From NCBI GenBank assembly GCA_044356295.1, contig JBIKWN010000121.1:1-11719 (forward strand): a DNA stretch of 11,719 nt, given 5' to 3'. Made by a program: the position numbers and the translations under genes. This document shows, piece by piece, positions 1-6,700 of the stretch. Numbering within the stretch: the stretch's first letter is position 1; every line of letters begins with the position of its first letter. The notes under the pieces are model-generated. The model was given only the letters and a program-made list of their open reading frames with translations, was not told where the DNA came from and ran no database searches. The DNA comes from Bdellovibrionota bacterium. GTDB taxonomy: Bacteria > Bdellovibrionota_C > UBA2361 > JBIKWN01.

Positions 1-75
1 ACAAATGGGCAAGCAGCTGATATTATTAACAAAAGAGGATCATAAATCGTATTGGGCTCTTCGCCCAATAGAGTG

Positions 76-110
76 GATCAAGAAAGACGGGTAGCGTCAC
101 CGTCAATACG
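76..110 (+). repeat. 35-bp direct repeat, copy 1 (GATCAAGAAAGACGGGTAGCGTCACCGTCAATACG)
   Basis: Matches 670-704 at 32 of 35 positions. Contains the internal inverted repeat GACGG...CCGTC. Confidence 0.9.
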
Positions 111-136
111 CCCATTTATCATTCTCAAAAAAATTC

Positions 137-164
137 TTGATATATGCATATATATATGTATAAT
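137..164 (+). promoter_or_regulatory. Sigma70-type promoter of the toxin-antitoxin operon with overlapping palindromic operator candidates
   Basis: TTGATA (137-142), 16-nt spacer, perfect TATAAT (159-164). Perfect palindromes ATATATGCATATAT (140-153) and CATATATATATG (147-158) overlap the -35 box and spacer. The ATG at 173 lies only 8 nt past the -10 box. Confidence 0.65.
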
Positions 165-172
165 ATCTGTAT

Positions 173-406
173 ATGTCTCCTACTCTGTATAAATTCGGAA
201 ATGCACGAGTGGTTATGTATCCAAAAGATCATAAGCCTCCACATGTACACGTGATTAGTCCAGAAGGAGAGGCAAAGTTCGATATTCAAACCTTCGAGTG
301 TCTTTTTGTACGAGGCTTTTCCAAGAAAGATATTAGAAGAATGAAAGAATTTTTATCCGCTCGTAAGAAAAATTTAATGGAGGCATGGGATGACTACCAA
401 GCGTGA
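173..406 (+). CDS. DUF4160-family protein, putative type II toxin
   Basis: 77 aa with the family-like pattern 'MY..DH.PPHVHV...GEAKFDI' and the C-terminal 'L.EAW'. First gene of a two-gene overlapping operon. Confidence 0.8.
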   Translation: MSPTLYKFGNARVVMYPKDHKPPHVHVISPEGEAKFDIQTFECLFVRGFSKKDIRRMKEFLSARKKNLMEAWDDYQA

Positions 407-671
407 CATACAATATGGGACAGTTGATATTTTAGACGAGGATGCTTTTGAACCTAAAAATGTAAAGGTCCGCATTACCACCTTTGTCGATGAGGATGTG
501 CTTATTCATTTAAAAGAGTATGCAAAGAAAAGAGGGGCTAAATATCAAACTGTTCTCAATTCACTTCTTCGCTCTTTTTTTGATAAACCTGAAAAAGGAA
601 AGAAGCTACAAGTGCTTTCTGAGGAAAGAGTACGACGAATCGTGCAGGAAGAATTAAAAAGGCGAGCTTGA
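390..671 (+). CDS. BrnA-like (DUF4415/CopG ribbon-helix-helix) antitoxin
   Basis: 'KVRITTFVDEDVLIHLKEYAKKRGAKYQTVLNSLLR' matches the BrnA-type 'itirld.dv...fk......YQT.iN..Lr' motif. GGAGG RBS at 379-383. Overlaps the upstream gene by 17 nt. Confidence 0.8.
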   Translation: MTTKRDIQYGTVDILDEDAFEPKNVKVRITTFVDEDVLIHLKEYAKKRGAKYQTVLNSLLRSFFDKPEKGKKLQVLSEERVRRIVQEELKRRA

Positions 672-704
672 TCAAGAACAACGGGTAGCGTCACCGTAAA
701 TACG
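670..704 (+). repeat. 35-bp direct repeat, copy 2 (GATCAAGAACAACGGGTAGCGTCACCGTAAATACG)
   Basis: 32/35 identical to 76-110. Begins inside the antitoxin stop codon (TGA 669-671). Confidence 0.9.
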
Positions 705-719
705 GCTCAATAATAAAGA

Positions 720-1157
720 ATGTTTATATACTCTCAAATTGCTGGATTATCTTTGGTTGCAGGTGGGCTTCTTTTGGCTCATGCACATAACCGCAAGAAT
801 GCTGTCTCTAATATTCTTAAGCGAGGAATAAAGACTGATGGTAAAGTAATAGAAATTAGAAGAAATCCAGGGTCTCTTTTTAGTAGTAAAGAAGGAGAAG
901 GTTATGCGCCAGTCGTTGAGTACACCACTGCATCAGGAAATATTTTAAAACACTTTTCAACAACATACAGGCCAATTTGTCCTTATAGAGAAGGTCAAAT
1001 CGTACCAATTTCCTACATCAATTATAAATCAATCAGAGAAGCCGCACTTTCTGATGATGAACCCGGGGATTTGCCAAGAAAACTTTTTATTATTGGGATT
1101 GTTTGTTTTTTGTTTGGATTGCCGGCTCTGATAAGTGGGTTACCTAATTTTTTCTAA
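720..1157 (+). CDS. DUF3592-like membrane protein
   Basis: N- and C-terminal hydrophobic segments flank a soluble region 'GIKTDGKVIEI...YAPVVEYTT..G...Y..GQ.V.I.Y' typical of DUF3592. Confidence 0.7.
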   Translation: MFIYSQIAGLSLVAGGLLLAHAHNRKNAVSNILKRGIKTDGKVIEIRRNPGSLFSSKEGEGYAPVVEYTTASGNILKHFSTTYRPICPYREGQIVPISYINYKSIREAALSDDEPGDLPRKLFIIGIVCFLFGLPALISGLPNFF

Positions 1158-1214
1158 ATATAATTATTCGAAACGGCAGTGCAGAAACTAGTCGATAATC
1201 AACAAGGCGGTAAA

Positions 1215-1240
1215 GATCAATTTGCTGCTCAAAATTGATC
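1215..1240. terminator. Possible hairpin between convergent genes
   Basis: Perfect 9-bp inverted repeat GATCAATTT-N8-AAATTGATC between the DUF3592-like gene and the flagellin 3' end. The stem is AT-rich and has no clear U-tract. Confidence 0.3.
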
Positions 1241-1335
1241 ATGAACTAAACATAAAAGCAGAGCTAAAGACTAGTCTTATGATGAGTTGCCTCGATGATA
1301 TTGAAAGCGATTTACATTTGGTTCAGAAGACCCCA

Positions 1336-3210
1336 TCAACCACGAAGCAACTGCAATGCAAGCGCCGGCTGTTGATTTGCTTGTGCAAGAATTGAGCTAG
1401 CTGCTTGCTGTAAAATATTATCCTTAGTGAGGTTTGCAGCTTCAGATGCAATGTCTGCATCAACTATCTGACTTTCTGCACTCTTGTATGTTGTTGTGGT
1501 GGAAGAGAGGTGACTCGATGCAACAGAAAGCCTGCTGAGGTAACTTCCGATTGAGCCTCTTTCAAGAGAGATTTTTTGTAAAAGGGCTTCAGTTGAATCA
1601 AGTGCGTTTCTTGCATCCTTTTGGTTTAATATATTTAAGAAAGCTGTTGTGTCTGTTCGAATTGTATCTTGATTATACATACGAACGAATCCTGCTGTAC
1701 CATCCATAATAAAAAGTTCTGCAGCACCGTCTTTATTTACATCACCAGCAAATAATCTATTGTATCCAAAATCAGGTCCCGCAGAAATATTGGAAGTTGT
1801 AGAAGAAATACGCGCGGCAAAGGTGCCGTCTCCATTATTAAAAAGTATGTTGATTTGGTTATCACCAGTATTTGTTGTTCCAATATCAATAAACCCGTCA
1901 CCATCAAGATCTTGAACAACAAGGTTTGATCCACCACTTGTTAGCTGCCAAGATCGAGATGCTTGGAAAGTGCCATTTCCATTACCTAGTGCTGTATAAG
2001 CTTGACTGTTTGAATTACCAACAGCAATTATATCTAGATTGCCATCACGGTTAATATCAGCAAGTTTTATTTCAGAAACTGAAATTGGAATAATAGAGTT
2101 GAGTGAAGCAGTAGATATGATTCCATTTGGTCCTGAAATTGATAAATTCCGACCGCCATCCCATGTAATGATATCATCTCTACCATCATTATTGACATCA
2201 CCACTTGTCATTCCATAGCCAAATGATGCGGTAAATGTTCTTGCTCCACCGAATGTACCATTTCCATTGCCATACAGAATAGTATATCCGTTTCCACCCG
2301 AACTACCTCCAGCAATATCAACTTTACCATCACCATTGAAATCACCTGTAATTGCAATTTCTGACATGCCAGTACTTGCTTGAGTAATTCCGCTTTGAAA
2401 TGAGCGATTTCCAAGATTTCTGTAAACTGTCAGGCTGAGTCCTCCCCACGACTCTGCGATTACATCGTGGCGTCCATCGTTATCGACGTCAGCAATTAAT
2501 ACGTTCCGAAGTGCAGCAGAAGCAAATGACATTCCAGATGTAAATGTTCCATCTCCATTACCAAATCGAAGTTGGATATTTTGATCATGCCCTGACCAAA
2601 TGATGTCAGTATTGCCATCTCCGTCAATATCGATAGCTTCCCCTCTCGATAGATTCCCAGCTGCAGCAAAAGAGATCGACTGTGATGCTGTTCCTTGCCC
2701 ATCCCCGCGTGCAATATATGCAGATAGAAGTGTCTCAAGAGAGCCTGAAGTTCCATAACCTGCTTGTATCCTGACGCTTGAAATCTGATTCGGGTCAAAT
2801 ATTTTCAGCCCATTAAATGATGTTGATTCAACGACTCGGTTATATTCACGGGTTAATGCATCTACTTCAGTCTGCATCGCTTTACGCTGTGTTAATGAAT
2901 ACGTACCGTTAGCAGATTGTTCTGCAAGTTCTTTTTGTCTGATGATAACTTCTTGTAATGAACTTAATGCACCATCTGCGATATTTAAAAGACTGATACC
3001 ATCATTGATATTCCTAATACCTTGTGTAAAGACTCTGCCTGAACTGTTTAAGTCCATACTAATTGCAAGTCCCGCCGCGTCATCGCTTGCTTTATTTATC
3101 CTTAGTCCAGAAGACAGACGTGTATAGGTAGTCGACAACGACTCGGAAGCTTTTCCAAGTTGTCGCTGCGCATTCAGAGACGCAATATTACTACCAATGG
3201 TAATTGGCAC
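1336..3210 (-). CDS. fliC: Flagellin with a central FG-GAP/VCBS-repeat beta-propeller insert
   Basis: Flagellin N-terminus (SNIASLNAQRQL...RLSSGLRINKASDDAAGLAIS...FNG) and C-terminus (RGSIG...SRL...SAESQIVDADIASE...ILQQAASSILAQANQQPALALQLL). aa ~168-515 hold seven Dx[DN]xDGxx[DE] repeats. GTG start. Confidence 0.93.
   Translation of the reverse strand: MPITIGSNIASLNAQRQLGKASESLSTTYTRLSSGLRINKASDDAAGLAISMDLNSSGRVFTQGIRNINDGISLLNIADGALSSLQEVIIRQKELAEQSANGTYSLTQRKAMQTEVDALTREYNRVVESTSFNGLKIFDPNQISSVRIQAGYGTSGSLETLLSAYIARGDGQGTASQSISFAAAGNLSRGEAIDIDGDGNTDIIWSGHDQNIQLRFGNGDGTFTSGMSFASAALRNVLIADVDNDGRHDVIAESWGGLSLTVYRNLGNRSFQSGITQASTGMSEIAITGDFNGDGKVDIAGGSSGGNGYTILYGNGNGTFGGARTFTASFGYGMTSGDVNNDGRDDIITWDGGRNLSISGPNGIISTASLNSIIPISVSEIKLADINRDGNLDIIAVGNSNSQAYTALGNGNGTFQASRSWQLTSGGSNLVVQDLDGDGFIDIGTTNTGDNQINILFNNGDGTFAARISSTTSNISAGPDFGYNRLFAGDVNKDGAAELFIMDGTAGFVRMYNQDTIRTDTTAFLNILNQKDARNALDSTEALLQKISLERGSIGSYLSRLSVASSHLSSTTTTYKSAESQIVDADIASEAANLTKDNILQQAASSILAQANQQPALALQLLRG
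1666..2709 (-). repeat. Seven FG-GAP/VCBS-like protein repeats inside the flagellin
   Basis: DIDGDGNTD, DVDNDGRHD, DFNGDGKVD, DVNNDGRDD, DINRDGNLD, DLDGDGFID and DVNKDGAAE, about 47-56 aa apart. Most are followed by GNGDGTF/GNGNGTF-like segments. Confidence 0.9.
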
Positions 3211-3266
3211 TGCTTATTCCACACATACACTTGCGGAAGATTCCTTAAGAATCCTCGTCTCTAGTA

Positions 3267-3293
3267 AAATCGGGAAGTTAGCAAGAAAACTTA
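3267..3293 (-). promoter_or_regulatory. Sigma28 (FliA)-like promoter for the flagellin
   Basis: Minus strand TAAG-N15-CCCGATTT versus consensus TAAA-N15-GCCGATAA. Correct spacing, about 56 nt upstream of the start codon. Confidence 0.6.
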
Positions 3294-3385
3294 ATTTGAA
3301 CTTAGCTCATCAAAGCTCTATGACTGTAAATCTAAAAAAAATACCTAGATTTGGGGCGGAAAAAGTAAAATTTGTCAGAAAATCT

Positions 3386-3778
3386 TTAATGACCAAGCAA
3401 AGCTGATGAATTTTCAGATGAATTATCGTTTTTATTCAACGTTTGTACTAACACCTGCTCAGCTAATTTTTGACCAGATTTAATCTTACCTACGACATGA
3501 ACAGGGGATCCTTCTTTTAACGTACCGCCTTGAACATCAGTAAAAGATCCAATAACGATCTCTTCACCATTAACAACATAACGCCTCATTTTATCCCGCT
3601 CGAGAATTCCGTTAATTTCAAACGATGGACCTTCTTTCATCTGTGCAGCTTTTGCTTCTTCGAATTGACGTTGCAGATATTCTTGTTGAGGACCTTTTTC
3701 TTTTTCTGGCATTGCAAAACAAGTGCAAGTACAAAACAGTGATACGGTGATAGCAATGTAAGGATAAAGTTTATTCAT
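3386..3778 (-). CDS. Small secreted DUF5666/PilY2-like beta-barrel protein
   Basis: N-terminal signal peptide. 'FEINGIL...YVVNGEEIVI...T.V.GG.LKEGSPVHVVG' is a DUF5666-like pattern. Overlaps the pilY1 stop by 8 nt. Confidence 0.6.
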   Translation of the reverse strand: MNKLYPYIAITVSLFCTCTCFAMPEKEKGPQQEYLQRQFEEAKAAQMKEGPSFEINGILERDKMRRYVVNGEEIVIGSFTDVQGGTLKEGSPVHVVGKIKSGQKLAEQVLVQTLNKNDNSSENSSALLGH

Positions 3779-6700
3779 TTGTTACCTCGTGGAATGAGAG
3801 AATATCGATTGGTAAATTATAAATTGTTATCGGCACCATGTCAGGAGGAGGAACGTTTCCGGTTCCACCACCAGTGCCGCCGGTTCCACCACTACCAGTG
3901 CCGCCTTCGCCACCTGCTGAGTTACCTAACGTTGTTCCAGAAGGATAAGCACTCTGAATAATCACTTTCTGGAAGCTTTGAGAAATAACCGGTGGATTCG
4001 GAGCACCCACGTTGCCAAGCGATGATACAGCTGGAAGTATTCCACCATTTGAAGAGTGCAGTCTGACATCAGCCTGCGTGAGCCTCCCATCAAAAGTATA
4101 TGGTCTCACTTTTGTTAGATCGATACTTTGTACTTTAACATCCAGTGCAGGGATAATGCTTCGGTTGTTTATTGCATTGGTAAGATCCGTTGTATCGTAG
4201 TCACCATCAGCATCTGTGTCAGGAATCCCACCGTTATAAAAAGGTTTTTTTGGATTAAAATTGTAGTCAACAATAAGTCCACCACCAGTTCTAAAATTCA
4301 GCCCTTGAAGGAAAGAATGTCCGCCGACACCACATGAGCTTCTATCAGGCATAAATGTTGAAAAGAAAATTGCACCTCTTAAGTTTACAGCTTCATACTG
4401 AACAAGTCCGACTGGATCGATAAAATTATTTACTAAATTTATAGAAGTGTTCATAGGAATGTAAAAGCCTGCTCTTGTATTTGGAATTCGATAGATTCCA
4501 TCCAAGCCTCGCACTGATTGATACGTAGAAGGTGATTGGTTTTGAAGACTAGCAAGTGTAAGTGTCCCCAACATATTGGTGTACGTATCATTTGCTGGTC
4601 GTACCGGATCAAATATTCCATATAAATTCTGGGAGACGTTTCCAACTCCAGTTATGTCAGCAATGGTGTCGTAACGTCCCGTACCAACATAAATTCCAAG
4701 AGCAAATTGTTCACCTAAAATACCACTTCCTCCAGTACGGAACTGTGGATTGTCAGAAATGATAGCAAGTGGTTGCGAAACGATTGGTTGCGTATTGTTT
4801 CCATCAAAAACTTTTGCTACGTACCATGTTGCTGGAGTGGAAGTGACAACAACTCTGAAAAGATCGCCTTCTTCAGTGCCAAGATAGAGCCTATCAACTG
4901 CAAAATCTTGATCATCTTGCACAGCTGCTATTGCAGATGTTCGTGTACCTATAGGATCACTCGTACTTATGGCAAGTGTTGTAGGAGTAGGAGGAGTTAC
5001 AGAGGATAAGTTGTAAATTGCAATATTTGTCCCAATAGTAGTTTTCCCTTCGCCTGTTCCAACTACCATGTAAAATGTATATGAGGATGCATCGATACCA
5101 CTACCAACAGGAACAACAACTGGTTTTACCCATGATTCGCCGTATATCGAAGGGTTACTTACTTCCCAGACAAGGGTTGGATTACGACGATCAGTAATAT
5201 CTAATACTGTATATGTTGAGCCACCTTTACGCAGGCCAAACATTGCAAAAGTTCTCCAAGCACCGCGTACATAAACATCTTCAATTGAAATCGGTCCATC
5301 GACATATGAACGTCTATATTCAGAGTTATATGTTATTCGAGTCATTCGTTCGAGGAACGGAACTTGGCTTGAAGGAATATATGCCCAAAGTTCTTGTCCT
5401 GTTGTTGAATCGAACGCGTGAAGCATTCCATCGTTTGCACCTACTAAAAGGATCCGTGGTTGATTGGCTTGGATATCTCGTGTAAATGCTGTGTAACCAG
5501 GAAAGAGCGAGTAATTTCCGTTTTTTGCACCAACTTCAACTGGACGAGAATAGACTATGTCTCCAAGGCGATCGACTGTCCCAGTCAGCAATCGGTCTCG
5601 GACACGTAAATCAGTTACAGCCTCACCTTGTAGGTATCGAATCACCGTTTGTGCAGAAGTTACATTGTTAATATCAGAGATTGGAGGCTCTAAATTTGTT
5701 GTACTATCAAGTCCATCAATAAATCTTTTAAACAAGTAAGGTCGAAGTGTTGATGCCTGGGTTTCTTCAAATGATATTGTTTGATTAGTGTTGCCAGTTC
5801 CACCGGTATCTAAACCTGCGATGATTCTTCTCGGACTTGTTGTAAGATTTCTTTGTGAGAGTAGGGCTCCCATATCAAATTGAAAATCAAGAGTGTCAGT
5901 TGATGTATTATAATTAAATACATCAATGTTTCCTGTCCATGTATCGGCTCTGAATCTTGGTCGATAGACAATACCAGTTTCTCCGAATGTTTCAGCAAGA
6001 GCCGCACCGGCACCTGCAATAGGTGATGTAATAATTAAAGTTACAATGTTGGTTAATGTGTCAGAAATTTCTTGTGTGCTTGAAGCAAGGTATGCTGTAC
6101 CAGTTCCACCATTTTCGGCGAATTTGTTGATTAATGCGTAATTAAGGCCAAATCCAACTGCATAACTTCGTACGTTTTGTTTGCCAACGAGCGTTGCGCT
6201 AAAGTCTTTATCGTATGCAAGTTTTGCAGCATCTGCTAACCACTGAGAGCAACTTGCGCTGGTAGAACAACCATTATTAGTTGTATCAGGTGCCTCGAGT
6301 CCATTTCCATCAAGGTCTGTGATCCATTGAGTTCCCACCGAATTTGCAGAATCACTTGTGGGTAATCCATCAGTGAGCATAATTATGAAATATCCATCAC
6401 ATGCTGCAGTTGCGCCGGTGATTGGTGAGGGATATGTCCGGCTCGCACGACTATCGTTGTCAGTGTTTCCATTAAAGTAACGAAGTACTTCAATATATCG
6501 ATTTGCTAAGGGAGTTCCACCTCCTGCTCCAATGGTATTAAGAGACGTTAAAAGTGCGGCATTTGATAATGCAATGTCACGCCGAACAATTGGTAATGTT
6601 TGCGATACGTTCCCAAGTGGTTGGTTCCACTGATTTAAAAGATTACCAGAGAAAGTGCCGGCACTGAGTGATGTACCATTTAACGTTGCAAGACCCCAAC

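Noticed and set aside
1..94. 3' end of an upstream CDS (frame 1 stops at 45, frame 2 at 94)
   Set aside because: Too short to fix the frame or product, so it is not listed as a feature.
76..704. CRISPR array reading of the 35-bp repeats
   Set aside because: Only two copies, separated by 559 bp containing genes, and no cas genes in the window.
76..704. Integron attC sites or IS terminal repeats
   Set aside because: No RYYYAAC/GTTRRRY cores, the repeats are direct rather than inverted, and no integrase or transposase is in the window.
1165..1190. Third repeat copy after the DUF3592-like gene (AAACGGCAGTGC)
   Set aside because: Similarity is limited to a few bases and the core is absent.
1737..3127. 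Short alternative-frame and antisense ORFs inside the flagellin
   Set aside because: They overlap a well-supported CDS and have no family motifs.
3328..3352. AAATCTA...TAGATTT inverted repeat as terminator of the pilus operon
   Set aside because: AT-rich 7-bp stem with a long loop and no following U-tract, so it is too weak to call.
3197..3406. 69-aa plus-strand ORF across the flagellin upstream region
   Set aside because: It overlaps both flanking minus-strand genes and the promoter, and has no protein-like features.
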